Shown here in pieces: positions 38,557-49,038 of a stretch of 64,000 nt of DNA (position 1 is its first letter; the number at the start of each line of letters is the position of its first letter). A program made the translations under genes and the position numbers. The stretch is from Chloroflexota bacterium (lineage in GTDB: Bacteria > Chloroflexota > UBA11872 > VXOZ01): NCBI GenBank assembly GCA_965221905.1, contig OZ244922.1, positions 1,056,001 to 1,120,000 of the forward strand, written 5' to 3'. The notes below the pieces were generated by a model. It saw only the letters and a list, made by a program, of their open reading frames with translations. It did no database searches and was not told the origin of the DNA.

Positions 38557-39531
38557 ATGGTACGGCAACTGGCTGAGGTCACGCTCAAGAGCGGGGAGTT
38601 GATGCAGTGCTTGCTGGTTGAAGAACCGGAGGCGCGCTGGGCGGAAGACATTCGCGACCTGCTCGTCCACAAGCGGGAGCACGTGCACCGGCACATCGAT
38701 CAATGCGTTGCGGGGCCGCTCGACGCGCTCGAAACCCGCTTCTATCTGGGCGTGGTTGATGGAGATGCAGTCGGGAATATCATGACGGTGGAGCACGGCG
38801 GAATCGGCATCCTCGGCCACGTCTTTACGCGTCCCGAACAGCGGCGCAAAGGCATCGCCAGCCATATCATGACCGCTCAAATGGAGGACTTTCGCGAGCG
38901 CGACGGACGGGCGCTCACTCTGGGAACCGGATTCGACTCGCCGCCCTTTTGGATATATCACAGCTACGGCTTTCGCAGTATAGCCGAGGGTAGCGGGGCG
39001 ATGTGGTACTGGAAACAGCCTGAGCAAGCGAAAAATCTCTGGCGTGCCGCGCTCACCGGCACTGCGCCACCGCGTTGGGAGCACTGGCCGCTGGTTAACC
39101 TGCTGTGCGCGCAGCCCCACGGCGACCGTCTGCGCCACGCCGCGCGGCGCGTCTGGGGCCAGCGCAGTTTCGAGGGTGACTTCATGAAATACAAGCGCGA
39201 ACTGGATGCTGAAGACTCATCCATAGTGGCCCGCCTACTGGAAAACGAGGCGGGTCTGGTGGTGGGTTGGGCGAGCGTGGAAGACGATCCGCTCTGGGGT
39301 GGGACGGCAGCATTGCTCGATCTTTTCGTGCATCCGGCAGCATGGCAAGCGGCGTCAGATCTGCTGACGGCCCTGCCCTTGCCGCCCAAGCCAATCTTCG
39401 CTTATGCCGATGAGGACTCCCCGAAGAATGACCTCCTGCGCGCGCACGGATTCACGCAGCAATCGTCGTGGCCGGAATGGCTTCCTGTTGGCGGCAAGAA
39501 ACACGGCGTAAATTGCTGGCTGCGGCGGTGA
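38557..39531 (+). CDS. GNAT family N-acetyltransferase (probably tandem GNAT)
   Basis: LGHVFTRPEQRRKGIA and YHSYGF motifs; degenerate second domain (DLFVHP, LRAHGF). Confidence 0.85.
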   Translation: MVRQLAEVTLKSGELMQCLLVEEPEARWAEDIRDLLVHKREHVHRHIDQCVAGPLDALETRFYLGVVDGDAVGNIMTVEHGGIGILGHVFTRPEQRRKGIASHIMTAQMEDFRERDGRALTLGTGFDSPPFWIYHSYGFRSIAEGSGAMWYWKQPEQAKNLWRAALTGTAPPRWEHWPLVNLLCAQPHGDRLRHAARRVWGQRSFEGDFMKYKRELDAEDSSIVARLLENEAGLVVGWASVEDDPLWGGTAALLDLFVHPAAWQAASDLLTALPLPPKPIFAYADEDSPKNDLLRAHGFTQQSSWPEWLPVGGKKHGVNCWLRR

Positions 39532-39661
39532 TGCCTTGCAAATTGCGATGCCCCGCGCAGGCGTAGCTCCATATGGTTCGGCAAGTCCATTCATGTACTA
39601 GACTCGAATTCTGCGCTCGCCTTTTCACTCTCGATTGACTTTTGCAATGCCATAACCGGCG

Positions 39662-39688
39662 CGTAAATCCCGCGCAAGCGGGAATCTG
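39662..39688. repeat. Family B palindrome
   Basis: cgtaaatcccgcgcaagcgggaatctg. Confidence 0.6.
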
Positions 39689-39928
39689 TCTTCACCCTCC
39701 TCTCGGCACGAATTCCATTAGGGGTAGACGGCCCCCACGCTACGATCCACCTGCAATCCAGTCCCGTGTAACAGTGAGCGTTGTTGCCTTCAATGATTGA
39801 CAGACCATGTTACCATTGTTAAATGGGGCGGAAGTCACGTTTCCAATGGTTACAGGATTGGGCATGGCGTAAGAAGGTCGATAGCGATTCCGCTCCCTAG
39901 CAGGTGTCATTGCGAAGGGAGATACTTG

Positions 39929-41282
39929 ATGCTCCCACGCCGAGCCTTGATGGCTGGCGCTGCGGCGCTTGGGACTGGCTGCGGCCCGCTTCGTTCTATC
40001 TTGTCGCCGCCGCAACTTCCAAAGAAAGCCCAACTCACCTGGGTCTCACTGGCCTTTAGCGGACTGTACGAACCTGCCGCGCGTGTGCAGGATCCCCTTG
40101 CAAAGCTCCAAAGCGCGGTGGCGGCGTTGGAACAAGACACAGACAACCCCAACGGTCCGGCGCGCGGCAATTACAGCGTGACACCGTATCTGCTGGAATT
40201 CCGGCAACTCGATTCCACTAGCTGGTCTAACCTCGTTACGAGGCTGAAGGAACTTAAGGTGGATCTTCTGTCTTTGCAAGCGCCCTTGGTGCGGGCCCTG
40301 GCTAAGTTGGCGGAAAGGGAACAGCGCGTGCTGCTGCCCCTTGATCGGTTCGTGGGCGCCGACGGCCCGCTGCTCAGCCAGGAATTTTACCCCTACCTGC
40401 TCGATCCGTTCCGTTTCAATGGTTTGCTCTACGCCTTGCCGGTAGACGCGCTTCCCCTGATGCTCTACTACGACGCGCGGTACTTTGCGGCAGCAGGTGC
40501 GCCGCCGGTGGATGGTAATTGGGACTGGGATTCCCTGGTGCAAAGTGCCGCACAATTGACACGACGAGATGAAGATGGTGTAACGCGGCGCTGGGGGCTG
40601 GAAGCGCACCGCTATGGCCTGTGGTGGGCGCTGTGGCAGAACAACGCCGTAGTCCACGATCCCGATTCGGGATCGTGCCGCCTGCGGGAGCCGGCCGCCA
40701 TCGAAGCGCTGCAATTTTACCGCGACTTGCTACACGACCACGGCGTCTCACCGCCGGTAGCGGGGAAAGACGTGGATAAACTATATGATGTCTCATCAGA
40801 CTCCTGGCCCGCCATGATTTACAGTCCCCGACAAGACATGTGGAGCGGCGATTACCGCTGGGCAGCGTTGCCAGCGGGCAAAGCGCACAGCGTGCCTGTC
40901 TATACCGACATGAGCATTGCAATCCACGGACTGGACTGAGAGTACGGAAGCCGCCTATTCGGCGCTGAAGGGCCTGGTTGGCATAATGTAGCAGTACGTG
41001 AGCGTGCCCGCCAAGATCGAGGCGGTCGCGCGGTTGGGAGAGTTTCGCAGGAATCTGCGCCCGCCCGAAGTTGCGGCGGTGCAGGATTCCATGGAGCACG
41101 GTCGCGTGCTGCCACAGGGTGTCCCGACGAACGACGGGATGCCCGCGCTGATGCAGGCACTCGTCCAGGGAGAAGCGGCCTTCCAACTCACGCGTGAGGC
41201 CGCGCCGCGGATGGAAATGGTGGTGGACGCGCTCGTGCGGGGCGACGACGTGACGACTATTGCCAGCCAGGTCTGCGCTTGA
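39929..41282 (+). pseudogene. Extracellular solute-binding lipoprotein, copy 1 (frameshift plus nonsense)
   Basis: MLPRRALMAGAAALGTGC signal; homologous to the next four genes; +1 insertion at about 40932 and CAG->TAG at 40989. Confidence 0.88.
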
Positions 41283-41399
41283 TGAATCTTCAGCAACCCA
41301 CCGGAGAAGATGCGCACCGAAGCGGCTTGCTCATAGTTCACTTGCAAGGGCTACACCGCAGTCCTGAGACTGCGAGGAACACCGAAAGGAGGCGGGACG

Positions 41400-42683
41400 A
41401 TGCTTACACGTCGAGCCTTAATGGCGAGTACAGCGGCGCTGGCGGCCGGATGTAGCTCCATCGAGAGCGCGTTTGACGTGCCGAGCCAGCCTCAGGTTGT
41501 CGATCTAACCTGGGCATCTGAGTCGTTTAGCGGATTGATCGAACAGGGATATGGTTCACGTGGTCTAAGGCCAACGCTCCAGCAAATTGTGGCGGCGTTG
41601 ACAGAAGATAGTGAGAACCCCAACGGTCCCATCCAGGGGCGTTACACCTTGACGCCGCGCTTCATACGTTCACAGGAGGCGAATCCCCCTCCGAGAGACG
41701 TAGAAGAGCTATTGGAGTGGTATGGCAGCCTTGAGGTGGACCTCTTATCTGTACACCCCTTTCTAGCGCAGATGCTAGGAGAGCGGGGTGTGATACTGCC
41801 GTTGGACCAGTTCTTCGCTGCCGATGGGCCGGAATTCAGTGAAGCATTCTACCCTTTTCTATTCGATCATTTCCGGTCGGACGCGGGACTGTTTGCTCTA
41901 CCGGTTGACGCGAGTCCAACCATGGTGCAATACGACCCGAAATACTTCGAGGAGTCGGGTGTGCCGCCTGTGGATAGTAGCTGGGACTGGGATGACTTAG
42001 TGGAAAACGCGTTGAAGCTGACACAGCGGGACGACGACGGCGAGGTGCGGCGATGGGGACTGGTAACGCAGCACCATGGAAACTGGTGGGCTCTGTGGCA
42101 AAACGGCGCGGACGTGGCCGAAATAACGACGAAGCAGTGCCGGCTGCAAGAGCCGGCGGCAATTGAAGCCCTGCAGTTCTGTTACGACCTGATGCACGTG
42201 CAGCGAGTTACGCCACCTATTACAAGCACAGATGGGTGGCAAGTGTTTAGATCACAATCGAGATCATGGCCGGCTATGTACTATACGTCTAATGACGGAA
42301 GTTGGAATTCCGAGTACCGATGGGCCGCGTTGCCGCAGGGCAAAGTTCACAGTGTACCGGTCATAGCTGACATGGGAATCGCAATTACTGCGCAGGCGAA
42401 GAACACCGAGGCGGCTTACACGGCGCTCAAGGGTTTGTTAGACGTTATGCAGAGGTTTGTAAACGTGCCAGCGCAAAAAGAGGCGGTCGCCCGAATGGGC
42501 GACTTTCGCAAGACGCTGCTACCCGCAGAGATCGCGGCGTTTCAGCAATCTATGGAACATGGCCGTGCAATCCCACTGAAGGCTACGATGTGGCGCGCTA
42601 TGTTTGCCATCGAGGAAGGCCTCGCGCGGGGTGACGATGTTGTCACGATTGTGAACCAGGCCTGCTCGCTGGTAGAAGCGTAG
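41400..42683 (+). CDS. ABC-type family 1 solute-binding Tat lipoprotein, copy 2
   Basis: MLTRRALMASTAALAAGC; LPLD, LFALP, WDWDDL and RWG motifs. Confidence 0.9.
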   Translation: MLTRRALMASTAALAAGCSSIESAFDVPSQPQVVDLTWASESFSGLIEQGYGSRGLRPTLQQIVAALTEDSENPNGPIQGRYTLTPRFIRSQEANPPPRDVEELLEWYGSLEVDLLSVHPFLAQMLGERGVILPLDQFFAADGPEFSEAFYPFLFDHFRSDAGLFALPVDASPTMVQYDPKYFEESGVPPVDSSWDWDDLVENALKLTQRDDDGEVRRWGLVTQHHGNWWALWQNGADVAEITTKQCRLQEPAAIEALQFCYDLMHVQRVTPPITSTDGWQVFRSQSRSWPAMYYTSNDGSWNSEYRWAALPQGKVHSVPVIADMGIAITAQAKNTEAAYTALKGLLDVMQRFVNVPAQKEAVARMGDFRKTLLPAEIAAFQQSMEHGRAIPLKATMWRAMFAIEEGLARGDDVVTIVNQACSLVEA

Positions 42684-42737
42684 CGACAGCTCCCAGCACG
42701 AGCGCGCTTGGAGGACAAGTGCCCGTATGGCTCATAT

Positions 42738-42773
42738 CTCTCTCTCCACGTGGGAGAGGGTCGGGGTGAGGGT
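42738..42773. repeat. Family D palindrome after SBP copy 2
   Basis: tctctctctccacgtgggagagggtcggggtgaggg. Confidence 0.8.
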
Positions 42774-42909
42774 AGACCTCTCTCTTGGTGGTCCTCGCGA
42801 GTGAAACCTTGCCTGGCACTATCGTATCCATCAGGAAGTGGAACGAAAAAGGGCGGAATTCGAGCCTCGTAGTCGGAAGACGATAGTCGGCACTGAAAGG
42901 ACCGGGGCC

Positions 42910-44193
42910 ATGCTTACACGCCGAGCATTGATGGCGGGCACAGCGGCGCTAGCGGCCGGGTGCAGTTCCCTTAAATCTTCGTTTTCTCCGCCAGCTCTGC
43001 CCAAGGCCGAAGAGCTAACGTGGGGCGCGTTTAACTTTAGTGCTTTACTTGGACGAGGACCAGAACGAACAAATCCTCAGACAAGGATTGTGCAAATTGC
43101 TTCGGCATTGGAAGAGGATACGGAAAACCCCAACGGTCCCCTAAAGGGACGCTACGCGCTTACTCCAAAGTACATACGCATGGAGGACGTAGAACCTCAG
43201 CCGAAGAGTTTGGATGAATATTTGGCATGGTTTGTCAGCCTTGAGGTCGATCTCATTACCGTCGGGCCTCGCCTGGCACAGATTTTGGGAGAGCGAGGGA
43301 TAATCTTGCCCTTGGACCCGCTTATCGCTGCCGACGAACCGGGCCTCGCAGAGGCATTCTTTCCATACCTGCTCGATCACCTTCGATCGGACGAGGGGCT
43401 CTTTGCGCTGCCGGTAGACGCGAACCCAGTGATGCTACTCTATCATCCGGCGTACTTTGCGGAACGGGGTGTTCGGCTGGTGAACGAGAATTGGGACTGG
43501 GACGATCTGAAAGAGAGCGCGATAAAGCTGACGCAACGCGATGAAGAAGGTGAGGTGCAGCGCTGGGGACTGGCATTGATGTCCTATGGATACTGGTGGG
43601 CACTATGGCAGAATGAAGCCGATTTGGCGGACCCAGCGACGCTGCGGTGCCTGCTGCAGGAGCCGGCAGCCGCGGAGGCCTTACAGTTCTGCCATGACCT
43701 CATACACAAACATCGAGTCGCTCCTCCGGTGACGAGTATGGATTCGTGGCGTCTCATCGAGTCGTCGTCAGGGATGGTTCCGGCCATGGAGTACAGTGAA
43801 TACCAGAATCGTTGGGCTCTAGATCATCGCTGGGCAGAGATACCCCAAGGCAAGGTGCGCAGTGTGCCGGTGTCTGGCGACATGGGCATAGCCATCATGG
43901 CGCGCACGGAGAACACCGAGGCTGCCTACACGGCGCTAAAGGGTCTCGTGAACGTGATGCAGCGGTTCGTGCCGGTTCCAGCGCAAAAGGAAGCAGTCGG
44001 CCGGCTGGGAGACTACCGTAAGGTTCTGCATCCGAAAGAGATCGCGGCCATTCAGACATCAATGGAACATGGTCGTGGCATGCCGCTGGATCAAGCGGTG
44101 CGGGGCGCCATGCAAGCTATCGAGGAGGGCATCGTCCGGGGGGATGACGTCCTCACCGTGGTCAACGAGGCCTGCACTCTGGTGGAGGCGTAG
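42910..44193 (+). CDS. Solute-binding Tat lipoprotein, copy 3
   Basis: MLTRRALMAGTAALAAGC; same length as copy 2 (427 aa). Confidence 0.9.
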   Translation: MLTRRALMAGTAALAAGCSSLKSSFSPPALPKAEELTWGAFNFSALLGRGPERTNPQTRIVQIASALEEDTENPNGPLKGRYALTPKYIRMEDVEPQPKSLDEYLAWFVSLEVDLITVGPRLAQILGERGIILPLDPLIAADEPGLAEAFFPYLLDHLRSDEGLFALPVDANPVMLLYHPAYFAERGVRLVNENWDWDDLKESAIKLTQRDEEGEVQRWGLALMSYGYWWALWQNEADLADPATLRCLLQEPAAAEALQFCHDLIHKHRVAPPVTSMDSWRLIESSSGMVPAMEYSEYQNRWALDHRWAEIPQGKVRSVPVSGDMGIAIMARTENTEAAYTALKGLVNVMQRFVPVPAQKEAVGRLGDYRKVLHPKEIAAIQTSMEHGRGMPLDQAVRGAMQAIEEGIVRGDDVLTVVNEACTLVEA

Positions 44194-44247
44194 CAACAGG
44201 CCTGACCACAGGCGCGCTTGAAAGGCAGGTACGCGAACAACTTATAG

Positions 44248-44354
44248 CTCCCTCTCCTCGTGGGAGAGGGCCGGGGTGAGGGCTTGACTCCCGGGTGGGA
44301 TTCTCTCTGAATTGCCTGGTAGCCGAATGCCCGCAGGTTGCAAACCTGCGCTAC
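44248..44354. repeat. Family D palindrome plus GTAG REP after SBP copy 3
   Basis: ctccctctcctcgtgggagagggccggggtgagggc ... cccgcaggttgcaaacctgcgctac. Confidence 0.8.
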
Positions 44355-44543
44355 CGAAAGAGAGCGCCCATTATGCAAATGTCACCTGCATTGCAGTGGT
44401 TCGATTGCAGGAGGCGTACCCTTACTGCGTAGGACCAGACGTGCACACCGAGCGAAGCCGCAACTACACGCCAAATAGGATGAGCTTCTAGGGAGCAACT
44501 TCGTAGCATTGTGTTCCTAGGCCGTTCCACAAGGAGTAGAAAG

Positions 44544-45830
44544 ATGCTTTCACGCCGAGCATTGATGGCGGGCACGGCTGCGTTGGCGGCCGGCTGTGGC
44601 TTTCTCGAAAGTCCGATTGTTGCACCTGGCCTACGTAAGAGAATCGAGTTGTCTTGGGCATCGCGGTGGTTCAGCGCTCATTATAGGGAGATTGGAGAAC
44701 TAAGAGACTTGGAGGTAACACATCAGAGGATAGTAGCGGCGCTGGAGGAGGACAAGGAGAATCCTAACGGACCTGTGAGAGCGCGCTACACCCTTATGCC
44801 TCACTTCATACGGATGCAGGACGTAGAGCCCCGTCCTCAGTGCAGGGAGGAGCAAGTGGCGTGGTATGGCGGCCTCCAAGTCGACCTCTTGACCGTAAAC
44901 TCGGTTCTAGCGCCGCTGCTGGCGCAACGGGGTGTGATACTGCCCCTGGACCGGTTCATCGCGGCCGACGATCCCCACTCTTCGGAGGCATTCTACCCGT
45001 ACGTACTCGATGTCTTTCGTTCGGAAGGCGGACTGCTTGCTCTGCCGGTGGATGCAGCCCCCCAGATGATCCACTTCAATCCTCTCTTCTTTGAGGCGCG
45101 GGACGTTTCTCCCTTGGACAATAACTGGACGTGGCGTGACCTCGTCGAAATTGCGGAGAAGCTGACGCGGCGGGACGAAAACGGAGAGGTGAAACGCTGG
45201 GGCTTAATGACCCAGCATCTTGGCTACTGGTGGGCGCTGTGGCAAAACGAGGCCGACGTGGCTGACCCACAAACGAAGCAGTGCCGCCTTCAGGAGAAGG
45301 CGGCTGCTGAAGCGCTCCAATTCTGCCGCGACTTGATGCACGTCCATCGTGTATCTCCGTTGGCTACAAGCAGAAACGTGGGGCGGTTGCTCCGTGAACT
45401 ATTCCCCTTCTGGACCCCGATGTTCTTTAGCTCTTATCGAGGAACGAGGAGTTCTGAGTTCCGCTGGGCGGCGCTGCCTCGGGGCAGAGTGCACAGCGTG
45501 CCGGTTTCTGTAGATACGGGCATTGCGATTCACGCGCGGTCTCAGAATCCGGAGCTGGCGTACACGGCGCTGAAGGGTCTTGTTGGCAAAATGCAGCAGT
45601 TCGTGACTGTACCCGCGCAGAAAGAGGCGGTCGCGCGACTTGGTGACTTCCGCAAGACACTGCTTCCCGCAGAGGTGGAGGCATTTCAGCAATCAATGGA
45701 ATTTGGACGCGCCTTGCCGCAGGACCGATCATTGTGGCGCGCCATGAACGTCATCGAGGAGGAACTCGTGCACGGCGAAGTGTCGAGCGCGGTGAACGCT
45801 GCCTGCGCCATTCTAAGGGGTAGTGGCTGA
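44544..45830 (+). CDS. Solute-binding Tat lipoprotein, copy 4
   Basis: AAGGAG RBS; MLSRRALMAGTAALAAGC. Confidence 0.9.
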   Translation: MLSRRALMAGTAALAAGCGFLESPIVAPGLRKRIELSWASRWFSAHYREIGELRDLEVTHQRIVAALEEDKENPNGPVRARYTLMPHFIRMQDVEPRPQCREEQVAWYGGLQVDLLTVNSVLAPLLAQRGVILPLDRFIAADDPHSSEAFYPYVLDVFRSEGGLLALPVDAAPQMIHFNPLFFEARDVSPLDNNWTWRDLVEIAEKLTRRDENGEVKRWGLMTQHLGYWWALWQNEADVADPQTKQCRLQEKAAAEALQFCRDLMHVHRVSPLATSRNVGRLLRELFPFWTPMFFSSYRGTRSSEFRWAALPRGRVHSVPVSVDTGIAIHARSQNPELAYTALKGLVGKMQQFVTVPAQKEAVARLGDFRKTLLPAEVEAFQQSMEFGRALPQDRSLWRAMNVIEEELVHGEVSSAVNAACAILRGSG

Positions 45831-45869
45831 GGGGGAATCCCATGCGCGGGAAAACGAGGCGACTCAATG

Positions 45870-45904
45870 CTCCCTCTCCTGCGGGAGGAGGCTGGCGTGA
45901 AGGT
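45870..45904. repeat. Degenerate family D palindrome after SBP copy 4
   Basis: ctccctctcctgcgggaggaggctggcgtgaaggt. Confidence 0.65.
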
Positions 45905-45956
45905 TGGACTCTGTGGGGGTGAACACGGCTGGGGACACTTTGAAGGGTGCGAAAAG

Positions 45957-47243
45957 ATGATTTCACGTCGCGCATTGATAGCGGGTACAGCGGCGCTGGC
46001 AGGCGCTTGCGGTCCGTTCAGGTCTTCGCCCGATCTGCCCGGCGGGCCGGATGCGGCTGCGCTCACGTGGTATACGTTCTCATTTTCTGGGCTCTTTGAT
46101 CGAAGTGAAGTGTTGGAAGGCCCGCAGGAGAGACTCCCAAAGATAATAGCCGCATTGGAGGAGGACGTAGAAAACCCCAACGGTCCCGCCCGCGGGCGCT
46201 ACACCCTGTCGCCGCGTCTCATAGGCCGCGACGATTATCCGGACCCCCCACCCAAGAACGATGATGAGTTTGCGGAGTGGATCGGCGGCATCGATACGGA
46301 TATCTTATCTATCAGTCCCAGTATGGCGGAGTCATTAGGGAAGCGTGGCGTGATACTGCCTTTGGACCGGTTCATCGCGGCCGACGATCAGGGCCTCACC
46401 GAGACATTCTACCCGTACGTGCTCGATCAATTTCGGGGCGAGGGCGGGCTTTTCGCTCTGCCCTTAAATGCGGACCCGCTCATGCTCTACTACAATCCCT
46501 TGTACTTTGCGGCGGAAGGGATGCCGCCACCGGATGAGAGTTGGGACTGGGACGACCTGGTAGAGAATGCGGTGAAGATGACGCGGCGCGACGCAGACGG
46601 CACGGTGACGCGCTGGGGGCTCGTGCCGCACTTTGGCGGCTTTTGGTGGGCGTTGTGGCAGAACGATGCGGAGGTGATCGATCCCGTGACGGGGCGGTGC
46701 CGGTTGCAGGAGCCGGCCGCCACAGAGGCCTTGCGCTTTTGTCACGACCTGCTGCACACCCATCGCGTCGCTCCGTCTTTGGGAGGAAGAGAGATGCGGG
46801 AGCTTTTCAGCATGCCGGGCGATACGTTACCGGCCATGTTCTATGATCGGAGCACTGGGCTAGCGAGGCGCGAATACCAGTGGGCGGAGTTGCCGCGGGG
46901 CAAAGTGCGCAGCGTGCCGGTCTCGGCCAATATGGGTCTCGCCATTCATGCGCGGGCGGAACAGACGGAGGCGGCATACACCGCGCTCAAGGGTCTCCTC
47001 CATACGATGCAGCGCTTTGTCGGCGTGCCCGCGCAGATAGACGCGGTGGCGAGGCTGGGGGAGCTTCGGCCAAGTCTCCTACACGCTGAGGTCTTGGCGG
47101 CGCAGCGCTCCATGGAATATGGACGGGCGCTATCTCGGGACGAGCGGGCGTGGCACGCCATGCAGCACATCGTCGACGGCCTCGTGCGCGGAGACGAAGT
47201 GGCGACCGTCGTCAACGCGGCTTGTTCTGCAGTCGAAGAATAG
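45957..47243 (+). CDS. Solute-binding Tat lipoprotein, copy 5
   Basis: MISRRALIAGTAALAGAC. Confidence 0.9.
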   Translation: MISRRALIAGTAALAGACGPFRSSPDLPGGPDAAALTWYTFSFSGLFDRSEVLEGPQERLPKIIAALEEDVENPNGPARGRYTLSPRLIGRDDYPDPPPKNDDEFAEWIGGIDTDILSISPSMAESLGKRGVILPLDRFIAADDQGLTETFYPYVLDQFRGEGGLFALPLNADPLMLYYNPLYFAAEGMPPPDESWDWDDLVENAVKMTRRDADGTVTRWGLVPHFGGFWWALWQNDAEVIDPVTGRCRLQEPAATEALRFCHDLLHTHRVAPSLGGREMRELFSMPGDTLPAMFYDRSTGLARREYQWAELPRGKVRSVPVSANMGLAIHARAEQTEAAYTALKGLLHTMQRFVGVPAQIDAVARLGELRPSLLHAEVLAAQRSMEYGRALSRDERAWHAMQHIVDGLVRGDEVATVVNAACSAVEE

Positions 47244-47351
47244 CGCAAGACTTTAGGCGCAGCGCACCATTCGCGTGCCGACTGCGATTCTCTTGCGCAT
47301 TAGGCTAGTACGCGTTGCACCTTCCTCCACAGGAAACAAAGAAACGATCGA

Positions 47352-48947
47352 CTAGCCGCGTTCGGCGAAGACTGGTGCGAGCATGTTGTCTACGGGCGCG
47401 AAGCTATCGGTGAGAATGATGGCGGGGCGGCTAGCCACGTACTCCCGCAGGCGTGTGGGGTCCAATATTGTGCTCACCGGCCCATCCGGCAGCAAGCCGC
47501 CCACCTCGTTATGCAGCATTGCCTCAGAGAGCGGCTGCTTCCCTGCTACCAACACAAAGGTATTGCGGCCGTCCTGTTCCCAGCCGGGCCCGTCGGCCAG
47601 CAGATACACGTGCGGGAACACCTGCTCCAGGGTCAAAATTAGCGACGGTAGAAAGACTCCGTGCTTGAACGTATCCACCACGTTTAGCATGTAGTAGCCG
47701 TCGGCGGTCAGGAGATCGTGCACTATCTCGGCAAATTCTCGGGTAGTCAGATGGTAGGGCACGGAGAGGTCGTTGAACGCGTCGCCGATGATGGCATCGT
47801 ACTGTCCGGCCTCCAGGCGTTTCACCACCAGGCGCGCGTCCTCGTTATAGGTCTTGACGCGCGTGTCGCGAGGGAGCCCCATTCTCGCGTGGGCCATTTC
47901 AGTGACTGCCGGATCGATCTCCGCCACCTCGATCTTGGCGTCAGGGTAGACCACTTCCAGGTAGCGGGGGAAGGTGTAGCCGCCACCCCCAATGGAGAAG
48001 GTGCGTATGTCAGCACGGTCGCCGGCGACGTACTTCACAAGCTCAGCATATATCTTTACATAATCATAGTCTAGGCGGGTGGGGTCTTCCAGAATGCTGT
48101 AGCTGTGGATGAGATGATCGAGCACGAGGCGGCGTTGGGTGACATTCTCTTCCAGCTTGCGTTCTGTCACACGTATGCAGAAGTAGTTGGTTTCCACGTT
48201 GCAGGGCGCGGCGAACGCACCGCGCGGTTGCAGCGCCAAGGCGTCTTGCGCCAGATGCCGGACATAGTTGAAACCTAAGGGCAGATTGTATGCGTTGCGG
48301 CCGTAGCTATAGACGCTCAGCCCAACGAGAATGAGGACCCCGCCCCCCAGCAACAGTCGGCGGTTCCAGAGGTTGCCGAAGATCACGGCCACCAGCAGGA
48401 GAAGCAACGCTACCAGCAGGATAATCGTGCGCGTGCCGAACCACGACACCAGGAAGAAGCCGGTGGCGAAGGTTCCGGCAATGGCGCCGACCGTCGAGAG
48501 GGCGTAAATGCGTCCTACCACGCCGCCGGAGTGGTCCAGATCTTCCAACGTAAGCCTGACGACAACCGGCGTGATGGTGCCCATGAAAAGGCTGGGCAAG
48601 AAGAAAACGGTTGTGGTAAAGAAGAGGATCTTGAGCATGAGGTGCACGGGCAGGTCTTGCGCAATACCGGAGATAATGGCCGTCATAGGCAAGATGGTCA
48701 GGGTGAAGATGCTGGAAACGAGGAACAGAATACCCAGGGTGGAAACCGCCGGAAAGCGGTCGCCGATGCGCCCGCCGACGTAGTTCCCCAGGCTAATGCC
48801 GGCCAGCATGACTCCGATGACGCTGGTCCAGGTGTAAAGCGAGACCCCCAAATAAGGGGCGACCATTCGCCCCGCAGTGAGCTCGACGACCAGAGTACAG
48901 AAACTTGCTATGAAAACAATGATGCCCGCCCGCCAGGTTCCGCGCAT
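47352..48947 (-). CDS. Fused membrane (MFS-like) / spermidine synthase domain protein
   Basis: VELTAGR..APY.G.SLYTW TM block; IGGGGYTFP, EIDP, DAR, DAF...VPYHLTT.EF and LTD.FAPVD motifs. Confidence 0.9.
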   Translation of the reverse strand: MRGTWRAGIIVFIASFCTLVVELTAGRMVAPYLGVSLYTWTSVIGVMLAGISLGNYVGGRIGDRFPAVSTLGILFLVSSIFTLTILPMTAIISGIAQDLPVHLMLKILFFTTTVFFLPSLFMGTITPVVVRLTLEDLDHSGGVVGRIYALSTVGAIAGTFATGFFLVSWFGTRTIILLVALLLLLVAVIFGNLWNRRLLLGGGVLILVGLSVYSYGRNAYNLPLGFNYVRHLAQDALALQPRGAFAAPCNVETNYFCIRVTERKLEENVTQRRLVLDHLIHSYSILEDPTRLDYDYVKIYAELVKYVAGDRADIRTFSIGGGGYTFPRYLEVVYPDAKIEVAEIDPAVTEMAHARMGLPRDTRVKTYNEDARLVVKRLEAGQYDAIIGDAFNDLSVPYHLTTREFAEIVHDLLTADGYYMLNVVDTFKHGVFLPSLILTLEQVFPHVYLLADGPGWEQDGRNTFVLVAGKQPLSEAMLHNEVGGLLPDGPVSTILDPTRLREYVASRPAIILTDSFAPVDNMLAPVFAERG

Positions 48948-49038
48948 GGAGTTGCCCTTTCGCTGCAGTGGTACGTGGTTCTTTTCGCTGTGTAGTGAGA
49001 GCGTCGCTGTGAAGAGCAGAATCGCATGATCCCACTAA

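Noticed and set aside
39929-47243. Diversity-generating retroelement or invertase-shuffled cassette system
   Set aside because: No reverse transcriptase or recombinase is present, there is no near-identical template/variable repeat pair with adenine-specific differences, and all copies are full-length genes with their own starts.
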